DNA of 64,000 bases from an uncultured Nitrospiraceae bacterium (GTDB lineage Bacteria; Nitrospirota; Thermodesulfovibrionia; Thermodesulfovibrionales; Dissulfurispiraceae), in the NCBI GenBank assembly GCA_963727805.1, contig CAVSHF010000003.1:64001-128000 (forward strand). Direction: 5' to 3'. Shown in pieces: positions 1-9,506 of this stretch. Within the stretch, counting starts at the first letter, position 1; the number at the start of each line of letters is the position of its first letter. Below the pieces are notes generated by a model, which was given only the letters and a program-made list of their open reading frames with translations, made no database searches and was not told the DNA's origin. Position numbers and translations under genes: made by a program.

Positions 1-301
1 CCACTGGGCGGAGCAGACCGGCGCTGCCACAGCAAAGCTTGTCGAGACCATCCTGACGACGCGACCGCATCCGGAGCAGGGATTCAAATCCTGCATAGGC
101 CTGTTGAGACTCGGCAAGAAGTACTCGCCGGAGAGACTGGAAGCAGCCTCTATGCGGGCGGTCCATATCAAGGCTTATTCATACAAGAGCGTCAAGTCGA
201 TGCTTGAAACCGGATTCGACCGTACTCCGATCACCGAACAAAAGGAGGTGACCCCGCCCTTATATCATGACAATATCCGCGGTAAAGAGTACTTCAGTTG
301 A
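1..301 (+). CDS. istA: IS21 transposase IstA, C-terminal part (5' truncated by the window)
   Basis: C-terminus ...YSYKSVKSML...HDNIRGKEYFS typical of IstA; directly upstream of istB. Confidence 0.85.
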   Translation, partial: HWAEQTGAATAKLVETILTTRPHPEQGFKSCIGLLRLGKKYSPERLEAASMRAVHIKAYSYKSVKSMLETGFDRTPITEQKEVTPPLYHDNIRGKEYFS

Positions 302-394
302 AAATCGGCTCTATGGGACAGCCAATAATCGACTAAGAGGCATCGACCAAGGGGTAAGTATACCCCACAAACATACTATAAGGAGGAGACAGCG

Positions 395-1144
395 TTGAAT
401 CACACTATCGAAAAACTCTCACAGATGAAGCTCTACACAATGGCAACGGCAGTGAAGGAGCAGCTTGAAAATCCTTCCCTTAGCAAACTGAGCTTTGAGG
501 ACAGATTCTCCATGATCATAGACCGGGAGTGGACTTCCAGGGAAGACAGAAAACTCACCAGAAGACTCAAGTCGGCACGCCTGAGGACCAATGCCACTAT
601 CGAAGATATCGACTATCAGCACCCCAGGGGATTGGACAAGTCGGTCGTCAGATCCCTGGCTTCTTGTCAGTGGATCTCTTCTCACCATAACGTGATCATC
701 ACCGGGCCGACCGGCATCGGCAAGACTTACCTTGCTGAGGCATTTGCAAACAAAGCCTGCCGAGAAGGATTCACTGCTGTACAATACCGGTCAACAAGAC
801 TCTTTGAGGAACTGAGGATCGCAAAAGCTGACGGCAGTTTCTTCAAGGTCCTCGGAAGACTTGCAAAGACGGACCTCCTCGTCATTGACGACTGGGCCGT
901 GGACCCACTGACCGAAGATGAGCGCGGCCACTTCCTGGAAGTCATGGAAGACAGATACGGACTGAAGGCGACAATCATTACCAGCCAGTATCCCGTCGCC
1001 AAATGGCATGATCGCATCGGAGAGCCTACAAAAGCCGACGCCATACTCGACAGGATCGTCCATAACTCACACAAGATAGCTTTGAAGGGAGAATCGATGA
1101 GAAAAACTAAGACAAACTTGACGAAAGGCGAACGCTCTTCGTAA
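395..1144 (+). CDS. istB: IS21 helper ATPase IstB
   Basis: Walker A GPTGIGKT, Walker B LLVIDDW, ADAILDRIVH, LKGESMRK. Confidence 0.95.
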   Translation: MNHTIEKLSQMKLYTMATAVKEQLENPSLSKLSFEDRFSMIIDREWTSREDRKLTRRLKSARLRTNATIEDIDYQHPRGLDKSVVRSLASCQWISSHHNVIITGPTGIGKTYLAEAFANKACREGFTAVQYRSTRLFEELRIAKADGSFFKVLGRLAKTDLLVIDDWAVDPLTEDERGHFLEVMEDRYGLKATIITSQYPVAKWHDRIGEPTKADAILDRIVHNSHKIALKGESMRKTKTNLTKGERSS

Positions 1145-1453
1145 GATGTTTTGGTACGGCTTCGCTATGTTTCACAAGTGTTCGCCATCCTCCGGTACGA
1201 CTGTTCGCCATCACCGGAATTCGCACAGTGTGTGTAAAAGGCGGGATTTTACCCATCAGTCATTGTCTAGAAGGGTGACGCGGTAAGGCTTTTTGTGGTT
1301 GCAATTTAGTAATATATTTATCGCATTTTCTTGTAACAGAACTATGATCATGATTGGCAAATCTAATCTTACTGACTGTAGAAATATGAATTTTTCATGA
1401 ACTCGGGGCAAGTGAATGTAAGGTAACGTACAGATATGGATATAGTTGAGAGA

Positions 1454-2812
1454 TTATACTGAATGGCGGTGCCTCAAACCATTGCCTTTCGTCGCATAAA
1501 GCTTTTTATGCCTATCACTTTTCCTTGTTTTATGAAGGGCATATTGTTTTATCTTATTTATTGTATTTCTTACTGCCTTTAAATGGGAGGCATCCACCAC
1601 CGCATTTTTAGGAGGAAGCATCACAGCATTGCCGGACATCATGCTTAAACCAGGATTCATTGCCTTAATTATCTCCTCAGATACTCCGGTATATCTGGAA
1701 ATCTTTTTTATTGTATCGTTCTTCTGCAAAGCATACTGTCTTACAATTTCGCCAGGCTTCACATTAGAGTTAGAGAACTTCTCTATGAAATCATTAACAG
1801 TACCCTTAGGAATACGCAAAAGATACTCGCTCGTATTTAAAGGTGTGCACCACTGCTTTAATTCCGGGTTCAAGTCCCTTATTTCGTGTACTGTGGAGCC
1901 TGCGGCTTTTGCTATTGCATCAAGAGTCGCTGGGCTTGTGATAACAACCTCATCATAATCTATAGGATACTCATATTTTAAATCCGTAAATCCATATGCT
2001 TCCGGATTGGCAACGATGCGCAGTGTAGCCAGATATCCGGGCACATATTTTTTTGTTTCGTCTGGCAAGTTGACTGACTGGGAAACATCTAGATAACCCT
2101 TCAAGTTATCCCTGGACACCAAGCGCTGTATTCTATTTTCACCGACATTATAGGCTGCCATCGCTAGGTCCCATGAGCCAAACTGGTTATAAAGATCATT
2201 CAAATAATCTGATGCAGCCTGCGTTGCCCTCACAGGATCCTTTCTCTCATCACGCCAGAAATCGATATGAAGACCGTAGCGTTTGGCTGTCTCTTCAATA
2301 AATTGCCATTGTCCCACGGCTTTTGCCTTTGAACAAGCATTCGGATTAAATCCACTTTCCACTAGGGGCAGATAAGCCACATCCTCAGGCACGCCCTTAT
2401 TACGCAATATCTGTTTTATTAATCCAACATACCGTGTAGACCGCTCAAGATAGGTTTGATACCTCTCTCGTATCCGACCAGTATAAATTGCTATTATCCT
2501 ATCTACAGGACTAACAATCGATTCTAAATTGGACTTGCCAGCCGGTGTTTTCTGTGCTATCAGTTCCTGGATATCTTCTGTCGTCTTAAATTGAGGGACT
2601 GAAGGATTACTTATTGTTGCACTGCTATCCAGTTTTACAAGATAGCTATCCATTGCAGGTGTCAATTCCGGACATTCATTAACGTAAGCTAACGGATAAG
2701 TTGAAAATACAGGATTTGGCAGTGAGACTGAGGCTGCCGATAGAAACTGCTCATCTGCAGAGCATATTCCGACGAAGAGTAATATAAAAACCAAATAGAG
2801 ATGCCTTTTCAT
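1454..2812 (-). CDS. Lytic transglycosylase (MltD-like SLT domain) with LysM-like repeats
   Basis: Signal peptide; LPLVESGFNP, AVGQWQF, AAYNVGE and ETKKYV SLT motifs; C-terminal LysM-like segments. Confidence 0.9.
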   Translation of the reverse strand: MKRHLYLVFILLFVGICSADEQFLSAASVSLPNPVFSTYPLAYVNECPELTPAMDSYLVKLDSSATISNPSVPQFKTTEDIQELIAQKTPAGKSNLESIVSPVDRIIAIYTGRIRERYQTYLERSTRYVGLIKQILRNKGVPEDVAYLPLVESGFNPNACSKAKAVGQWQFIEETAKRYGLHIDFWRDERKDPVRATQAASDYLNDLYNQFGSWDLAMAAYNVGENRIQRLVSRDNLKGYLDVSQSVNLPDETKKYVPGYLATLRIVANPEAYGFTDLKYEYPIDYDEVVITSPATLDAIAKAAGSTVHEIRDLNPELKQWCTPLNTSEYLLRIPKGTVNDFIEKFSNSNVKPGEIVRQYALQKNDTIKKISRYTGVSEEIIKAMNPGLSMMSGNAVMLPPKNAVVDASHLKAVRNTINKIKQYALHKTRKSDRHKKLYATKGNGLRHRHSV

Positions 2813-3225
2813 GCCGTATAATTCAGTCCTTATCAGCTAACAACGAACGCTCAATGTATATATTACCTATTATACTAGTTTACTTTTGTGATCTTGTGTG
2901 ATAATGAACACATAATTACTGCCTTGACCACACTAAAAATAGCACTGCCTGATCCCTCTTGACTAATGCCTAGTAGTGCGGACCCCTGATAATTAGCGCT
3001 TATATCCTTCGGTGTGTTCTGGATACCATGTAGCGATAATTTCTGTGAGTTATTGTTTCAACATCTTTCTTCTTTTAAAGACGAGAAACGCCTCGGTTTG
3101 CTTCTTTCCCGTCTGATAAGCGTCTTACGATTAGAGCCCCTGATTCTAGGAAAAAGAGGTGGACCCCAGAAATCGGACAGTCGTATAAGGTGTAAAATAT
3201 ACGATTGACTGGAGGTCGCACGGAG

Positions 3226-3513
3226 ATGAGCAAAACAAAGAGGAACCGATATTCAGGGGAGTTCAAAGCAAAGGTAGCGCGTGAAGCAATGAGGGAGGGA
3301 TCGACGATTGTAGAGATCGCATCACGGTACAATATTCACCCCAATCAGGTTAGCGAGTGGAAGAAGCAGGCTATTGAAGGGCTTGCAGATGTATTTACAG
3401 GGAAGCACGGTCGTAACGAAAACGCTCACGAGGCTCAAATCACGGAACTGCATGCCAAGATTGGGCAGTTGACAGTGGAGCGGGATTTTTTAGCGAAAGC
3501 CTTCAATCGATGA
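3226..3513 (+). CDS. IS3 transposase OrfA (HTH)
   Basis: YSGEFKAKVA...IHPNQVSEWKK; ATG start chosen after GGAG. Confidence 0.9.
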   Translation: MSKTKRNRYSGEFKAKVAREAMREGSTIVEIASRYNIHPNQVSEWKKQAIEGLADVFTGKHGRNENAHEAQITELHAKIGQLTVERDFLAKAFNR

Positions 3514-4376
3514 GCCGCGATCGAAGGAAAGAGATAATTGAACCGGAACACCCGAGGCTCAGCATTACGAGACAGTGCAACCTACTTCAAATCAGCCGCT
3601 CGTCGTGGTATTACGAAGCAATGGGAGAATCGGCACAGAATCTGGAGTTGATGCGCCTAATTGACGAGCAATTTCTGAAGACCCCGGAATATGGAGCCCG
3701 TCAGATGGCCCGTTATTTACGGCGGCAGGGATATTGGGTAAACAGGAAGCGGGTAAGTCGATTGATGCAGAAGATGGGGCTAATGGCGATGTATCAGAAA
3801 CCCAACACGAGCAAACCGCATCCTGAGCACAAGGTCTATCCCTATCTGCTTAGAGGCTTGAACATTACGGAGCCAAACCAGGTGTGGTGCGCCGATATCA
3901 GCTTCATCCCGATGCGACGGGGATTTCTATATTTGGTGGCGATTATGGACTGGGCGAGCCGAAAGGTTTTAAGCTGGCGGCTCAGCAACACTATGGAGGC
4001 TGCTTTCTGTGTGACAGCCCTCAAAGAGGCCTTGGCCAGATACGGCAAACCAGGGATCTTCAATACCGATCAAGGCAGCCAGTTCACCAGTATTGAGTTC
4101 ACACAGACGCTCCTGGATTCCGGTGTAAAGATATCAATGGACGGAAAAGGCCGCTGGGTGGATAACGTGATGGTTGAACGGCTATGGCGATCACTGAAGT
4201 ATGATTGCGTTTATAGATACGCATTTGAGACCGGCAATGAAGCAAGAAATGGCATCGGCGAGTGGATCAAGCAGTATAACGAGGAGCGTCCTCATTCTTC
4301 TCTGGACGACAGGACGCCTCATGAAGCATACTGGAATCTGCCAAAGGCAGGTTGCCCGGGAAAACTGGCGGCATGA
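3510..4376 (+). CDS. IS3 transposase OrfB (DDE integrase core)
   Basis: NQVWCADI, NTDQGSQFTS, DNVMVERLWRSLKY; in the -1 frame relative to orfA. Confidence 0.95.
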   Translation: MSRDRRKEIIEPEHPRLSITRQCNLLQISRSSWYYEAMGESAQNLELMRLIDEQFLKTPEYGARQMARYLRRQGYWVNRKRVSRLMQKMGLMAMYQKPNTSKPHPEHKVYPYLLRGLNITEPNQVWCADISFIPMRRGFLYLVAIMDWASRKVLSWRLSNTMEAAFCVTALKEALARYGKPGIFNTDQGSQFTSIEFTQTLLDSGVKISMDGKGRWVDNVMVERLWRSLKYDCVYRYAFETGNEARNGIGEWIKQYNEERPHSSLDDRTPHEAYWNLPKAGCPGKLAA

Positions 4377-4614
4377 TGACCGGTGGCTTCCACCTTAAAT
4401 CAGCCCCAAAGCTGTCCAACCAATGGGGGCCACCTCTAAATTTGCTATTTGAAAAAACCCAATAAAAGTAAGGCAGAGCTCGGCACACTGCACAAAAAGT
4501 GTACAGCAGAATATTAAATCCTTGTAAATACTTACCTCGCCCCGTATTATGGAAAATAGACAACACATTGAAACATTTCCGTGTAAGTAAAATTATAGAA
4601 CCGAAGGGGGACGT

Positions 4615-5076
4615 ATGAAAGCAATATTACTCTTGGGAGCATGTTTTTTGTTGCTGAGTTTTGCACCAGTGAATGCAGGAGCACAAAAGGAGATTAAAAG
4701 GGGCGATAACTGGGTGCTTTATAGTGTAACAGAGAATTATTCGTTTTATTACGACAAAACGAATATTCAACAGCAATCCAATAAACATATAAGGGTATGG
4801 ATAAGAGAGGAGACGGAGGACGCTGCTACAGAGGTTAAAGGAAAAAGAGATGAGGGATTGCCAACAAAAGGACATGAAATATTTTCTTATAGTCTTGTTT
4901 TATCTGAGATTGATTGCAGCAATAAACAAATAGGAGACGTATTAGTTACTGATTATGATAACAAAGATAACGTCTTAAAATCATTCGATTTTAAAGATGT
5001 AGAAATGAGACCTGTTAAGCCAGACACCATAGCGGAATCACTATATAAGGCAGTCTGTAAAGCAGAGAAAATATAA
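4615..5076 (+). CDS. Secreted protein, surface-adhesin E-like family
   Basis: Signal peptide, RBS GGGGG; YYDK..I, VWIR, EIDC, PDT..E.LYKAVC pattern. Confidence 0.7.
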   Translation: MKAILLLGACFLLLSFAPVNAGAQKEIKRGDNWVLYSVTENYSFYYDKTNIQQQSNKHIRVWIREETEDAATEVKGKRDEGLPTKGHEIFSYSLVLSEIDCSNKQIGDVLVTDYDNKDNVLKSFDFKDVEMRPVKPDTIAESLYKAVCKAEKI

Positions 5077-5099
5077 TGTAACCAGAAAAGGGATAGTAC

Positions 5100-5228
5100 A
5101 TCAAACGATTATTGATAGCTTCAATATTTCTTCTGCTATTTATCCCTGCCATCTGTCTTGCAGATGCGGAAAAGATTTTCAGGGAAAACAACAAGGCAAT
5201 TGTTTTTATCGTAGTTTATGATTTCTAA
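5100..5228 (+). pseudogene. N-terminal relic of an exported protein (resembles the start of trypsin-like protease/TPR proteins)
   Basis: Reads (I)KRLLIASIFLLLFIPAICLADAEKIFRENNKAIVFIVVYDF*; ATC where a start is expected; stops after signal peptide plus ~20 aa. Confidence 0.45.
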
Positions 5229-5385
5229 TTTGAAATCTAATGGAAGAGGGGATAAATAGTATGTTCGGCCCGGAAAAGGCAGATATCGTGTGGCTAATGG
5301 CATCTATTAAGCTTTATTTGGATAATGAGGTTCTCAATAGTTACCGTCCCGCCGCTGATGTTGAAACTGATATCAGGTGACTAGT

Positions 5386-6477
5386 CTACGATCCCTGCTC
5401 TTTTTCAGACAGCAGTGCAAGATCATGCTGAGCCTGAGTGTGTCCCTGTTTTGCCGCAAGACCGTACCAAACTGCTGCCTCTTTTTCATCCTGTGCTACT
5501 CCAAGACCATTGGCATATAGCAACCCAAGGTTATAGGCGGCCTGAGTCACTCCCTGCACACCAGCGAGACGGTACCATTTAGCGGCCTCTTTATAGTCCC
5601 GCTCAACTCCCTGCCCTTTCTCATACAACAGGCCGAGGTTGTACTGCGCCTGGGGATGCCCTTGATTCGCTGCGAGCCTATACCACTTCAGAGCCTCGCT
5701 ATAACTATGCCACACACCAATCCCCTTGTTATACATGACCCCGATGTTATATTGGGCTTCGGCTATCCCCTGTTCCGCCGCCATGCGATACCACTTGGCG
5801 GCCATTTTGTAGTTTTGTCTCACTCCCTCACCACTATAATACATAGACCCCACGTTGTACTGAGCATGGGCTATTCCTTCTTCAGCCGCAAGCGTATACC
5901 AACGAAACGCAATTTTGTAATCCTGTTCTACGCCTGTGCCGTTATAATACATCGAACCTAAAATATGCTGGGCTCGTCCTTCTCTCTGCTCTGCTGCCAG
6001 GCAGAGCCAATTAATAGCCTCGGTATAGTCCTGTGGAGTTCCCTGTCCTTTGGCATACATGACACCTAAGTTGTATTGAGCGTAAGGGTTGTTCTGCTCC
6101 GCGGACAGGCGATATAGCTTGAGAGCTTCGTCATAATCTGGCCGTACTCCTTGGCCCTTGCAATAAAGCGAACCAAGACTATTCTGTGCGTCAGGGTTAT
6201 TTTGGTCAGCTGACTTACGATACCACCTTGCGGCTTCCTTGTAGTTCTGCTCCACCCCTTTGCCTGTCGCATACATAACACCAAGGCTATATTGAGCAGA
6301 AGCATTCCCCTGTTCGGCCTCTCTCAGAAATACATCATAAGGCGTCTTGGCATCGTCTGTTTGGGAGTTAATACTACCTGAAGGTTGAAGGAAACTAAGA
6401 GTAGACTGTGTGGAACAGCCGAACAGCAAGAAGATTGCCGCAAGGATGGGGACAATAAGCTTTGTTTGTGTTTTCAT
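5386..6477 (-). CDS. Sel1-like repeat (SLR/TPR) lipoprotein
   Basis: Lipobox LFGC; about eight AQYNLGxMYxxGxGV repeats. Confidence 0.93.
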   Translation of the reverse strand: MKTQTKLIVPILAAIFLLFGCSTQSTLSFLQPSGSINSQTDDAKTPYDVFLREAEQGNASAQYSLGVMYATGKGVEQNYKEAARWYRKSADQNNPDAQNSLGSLYCKGQGVRPDYDEALKLYRLSAEQNNPYAQYNLGVMYAKGQGTPQDYTEAINWLCLAAEQREGRAQHILGSMYYNGTGVEQDYKIAFRWYTLAAEEGIAHAQYNVGSMYYSGEGVRQNYKMAAKWYRMAAEQGIAEAQYNIGVMYNKGIGVWHSYSEALKWYRLAANQGHPQAQYNLGLLYEKGQGVERDYKEAAKWYRLAGVQGVTQAAYNLGLLYANGLGVAQDEKEAAVWYGLAAKQGHTQAQHDLALLSEKEQGS

Positions 6478-6503
6478 TGCAGACTCCTTTCTCCTTCAGA
6501 GGT

Positions 6504-6520
6504 TGCAATCGTTATGCCAA
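6504..6520 (-). promoter_or_regulatory. Sigma-54 (-24/-12) promoter for the Sel1 gene
   Basis: Minus strand reads TTGGCATAACGATTGCA (GG-N10-GC), ~27 nt upstream of the start codon. Confidence 0.8.
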
Positions 6521-7103
6521 CAAAATATCCTTAAATATCAGTACATGCGCCTATACTATCCAAGATAAATTTTCCTGTCTGACAGAAAAATTTTCCCGTA
6601 TAATTATTTCCTTTTTTCTGACATGTTAAATAAGAGCATTTCCTTTGCTGTTCTTCTATTATTTCGTCATAGAAAGACCATCTTCTATGATTCGGGGTTT
6701 TAAGAGGTTCTTTTGGGGGCCCGCTATTGTATAAAAATATTATCTAATTGGATTACATAAGAAAATGAGAGGGTAAAACGTAGTTCGTACGGATTAATAC
6801 TTGATAGAATCTAAATAGGCACTATGCTAGTTAACTTCTCTTTTTCACGGAATCATCCCAAGAGCTAAGATGACAGGTGTTAGGATAAGCGAAGCTGGTC
6901 GAGAAGAAATCAAAACTGCTGAAAGTCATTCGTGTCGCCAGCAGTTAAAATTTGGATATTTCCGAAAGTAATCGCTAGATTTGTCTGATACGATGTTATC
7001 TGTAGTATCTACGGTATACACTCCCGCCTGAGTATAATGTGCTCAATATTTGCCAAAAGCGATAAGTTCTTGATATGTCTTTCTATGCTTTATTTCCATT
7101 TCA

Positions 7104-7601
7104 TCACACGCCCTTAAGGGCTTGCAATATTTCCTTCAAGTGGTCAATATGAAAACTCAGGTGGTAGTCTGCAATAGCCTCAATCCACATCGCCAGAGTC
7201 GGATATTCGCCCATTGGAGAATCTTTCAGCAGGGGGATATGGGCCTTTCGGGCGAGTTGCTCATCTGTCAATGACAATGTTCGGTCAGCCATTATCTTGT
7301 ATTGCTGCTCAAAAACAGCAAGGAGTTCCGCCAGGGTCAGTCGTGAGCGTCTGTCTGTGAAGAAAGAATTTTCGGGCTCAATGTCAATGCGAGGGGTATT
7401 ATGGTCCAGATAGGCTTGAACTGTCACGATAAAGCCTTCTCCCTCTTTCCCGCAGAGGTGAGATATGATCTCCTTAGGCGACCATCTGCCTTCGGGCGCT
7501 CTGGAAGCTGTTTTTTCATCGATCCCCTGGCATATGGTTTTGAGTACTCCCACCTTTTCATTGATCAATTTCGCCAATCTGATGCTTTCAGTTGAAGCCA
7601 T
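7104..7601 (-). CDS. DinB-family protein
   Basis: WSPKEIISHL and HLSFHIDHL metal-binding His motifs. Confidence 0.85.
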   Translation of the reverse strand: MASTESIRLAKLINEKVGVLKTICQGIDEKTASRAPEGRWSPKEIISHLCGKEGEGFIVTVQAYLDHNTPRIDIEPENSFFTDRRSRLTLAELLAVFEQQYKIMADRTLSLTDEQLARKAHIPLLKDSPMGEYPTLAMWIEAIADYHLSFHIDHLKEILQALKGV

Positions 7602-7878
7602 TTTATCCCTCCTTGTGCGTTTACAAAACCTGATACTATCACATCTCAGTCTAAGTATATCGAAGTTATTCTTACAAGCGAAATGAGGATGTGCATACGA
7701 ATAAACGAGTGGGAAGCAATAAATTCTCGAATCCGTTCGTTACGATCGGTACTCCTCTGATATTCAAAAGTGAAAAAATGTGTTTGTTCTGAGTAGCATT
7801 CCTTAGTGGTCGGTTCGCGAAACGTCTGGTAGCTAGGGTGTAACCTGGTAAAAGAAGAAAAGACCTGCAATGGCCTCA

Positions 7879-9387
7879 TTAAGGGTGGACACCGCTGTGA
7901 CATTCATAGCATCCCATAGATTGCCATTCCTTTCCGATGTCAATGGGATGCCTAAATTCCTGGCCGGTCTCCATATTCAAGGTTTCTGTCGGACCACTTT
8001 TCCCTTGTTCAAGAATTATATGACATGTATGACAATCGCTGGGAATAATCAGCCCTTCATCGCTTTTATGTTTGCCGTCATGACATCTCATGCACCCTTT
8101 GAAAATAAAATGGCCGATGTTGTTCGGGTAATCTGACCATCTTGCTTTCATCGCTGGGAAAATGTTCTTCTGAAATGCTTTTTGTGTTGCCTTAACCGCA
8201 TTATTGATGTCAGTGCTTCTTTCCGAATAAAACTGAGGATAATTCTTTTGGTAGAAACCGTTCATGGCTGTAGCGATGCCGTTAACAGCATCAGCATCGG
8301 AGGCATAAGTATTTGTCATCGCCGTTACTGCCGCCAGTTTCACTTCCGGAATGGTTGCTGCTATTCCACCAGAAGATATTTCGAGGTCTATTTCGTAGTC
8401 GGGAGAATGTATATCGTGGCTCGGGCGATTATGGCAATCCATACAATCCATAACCCGTGGCAGCTCCGATGCTATTTTGTTGTTTGGCTGAGGACCGGAG
8501 GAATCGTGAAAAACCGTTACCTTACCAGTCAGTTTATCGCTTACCCTTATCCAAGGGATATCCTGTCTTCGTTCATCCGTTGCTATATATTCCACCTTTA
8601 TTTCAGGATTGATATGCCAGTGGATTCCTGATTTCCTGGTTGCCAGCGGGCTACCGCTACCGACTTTGAGGAGCATGTTTATCGGCCATTTGCTGTTATT
8701 CCTATCGTATAGATAATGATCGAACCGGCGTTGCATGCCTCCGTAAAAAATGTTTGGCCAGTGGCACTGTTCACATGTTTCCCTGGCAGGCCTTAAATTG
8801 CTAACCGGTGTAGGTAAAGGGCGAGGATATATTTTGGCTAGTACCGCATAGACCTGATAAAGACCAGACAGTTTTGATTTGGCATACCAGCCCACGCCCG
8901 GTCCGATATGACATGCAACGCATTCCACCCGTGCGTGCGGAGATTGCTGATACGCTGTATACTCCGGCTTCATTACTACATGGCAAAGGCTTCCGCAAAA
9001 GGCCACTGATCCAGTAAATTGATAGGCCTGGTAAATTCCGACCGAACTCAAGAGCATGAAGAGCGATGTGCCCAGAATAAAAATTATGGTAGCTCTCATA
9101 TAGTGTTTGTCGTTAAGATCTATTTGGGGCCACTTGAATGGCAGTTCCCCTCCCTTCCGCAGCTGTCGCCACCTTAGATACATGCCTAACGGGATTAGCA
9201 AAAGACCCAGCACAAGAAAGGAAGGCAGGAGCATGTAAAGGAGAATCCCTATATAGGGGCTCTTTATTCCGACGATGAAATTTATTCCGAGCAGGAACAG
9301 TATAATGAGGGACGTAACACCCGACAAGACAAATCCGACAACGCTTGTCCAGTTATGCAACAAAGACGGCAATTTCCTTTTGTCCAT
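7879..9387 (-). CDS. Membrane-anchored NapC/NirT-type multiheme cytochrome c (7 heme motifs)
   Basis: Three N-terminal TM segments; CGSLCH (CX3CH) plus CVACH, CEQCH, CMDCH, CMRCH, CHTCH, CYECH; ATG at 9387 preferred to TTG at 9420. Confidence 0.88.
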   Translation of the reverse strand: MDKRKLPSLLHNWTSVVGFVLSGVTSLIILFLLGINFIVGIKSPYIGILLYMLLPSFLVLGLLLIPLGMYLRWRQLRKGGELPFKWPQIDLNDKHYMRATIIFILGTSLFMLLSSVGIYQAYQFTGSVAFCGSLCHVVMKPEYTAYQQSPHARVECVACHIGPGVGWYAKSKLSGLYQVYAVLAKIYPRPLPTPVSNLRPARETCEQCHWPNIFYGGMQRRFDHYLYDRNNSKWPINMLLKVGSGSPLATRKSGIHWHINPEIKVEYIATDERRQDIPWIRVSDKLTGKVTVFHDSSGPQPNNKIASELPRVMDCMDCHNRPSHDIHSPDYEIDLEISSGGIAATIPEVKLAAVTAMTNTYASDADAVNGIATAMNGFYQKNYPQFYSERSTDINNAVKATQKAFQKNIFPAMKARWSDYPNNIGHFIFKGCMRCHDGKHKSDEGLIIPSDCHTCHIILEQGKSGPTETLNMETGQEFRHPIDIGKEWQSMGCYECHSGVHP

Positions 9388-9506
9388 AATCGATTGATGA
9401 TATTTCGTATGACGAGTCAAAAAGACAAGGCTTCAGCACTATTATTCGCTGTCTTTTGAGTAAACATAACATCAAACCTGCAAGATGTCAATTTTGGATG
9501 GCTCGA

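Larger units (their letters stand above)
1..1225 (+). mobile_element. IS21-family insertion sequence, right part (left end outside the window)
   Basis: istA 3' end plus istB; tandem subterminal repeats TGTTCGCCATC at 1179 and 1202; terminus ...CCGGAATTCGCA ending in CA at 1225. Confidence 0.9.
3155..4437 (+). mobile_element. IS3-family element, copy 1 (1283 bp)
   Basis: Terminal inverted repeats AGAGGTGGACCCC / GGGGGCCACCTCT; flanked by AAA on both sides; orfA plus orfB; same length as copy 2. Confidence 0.95.
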
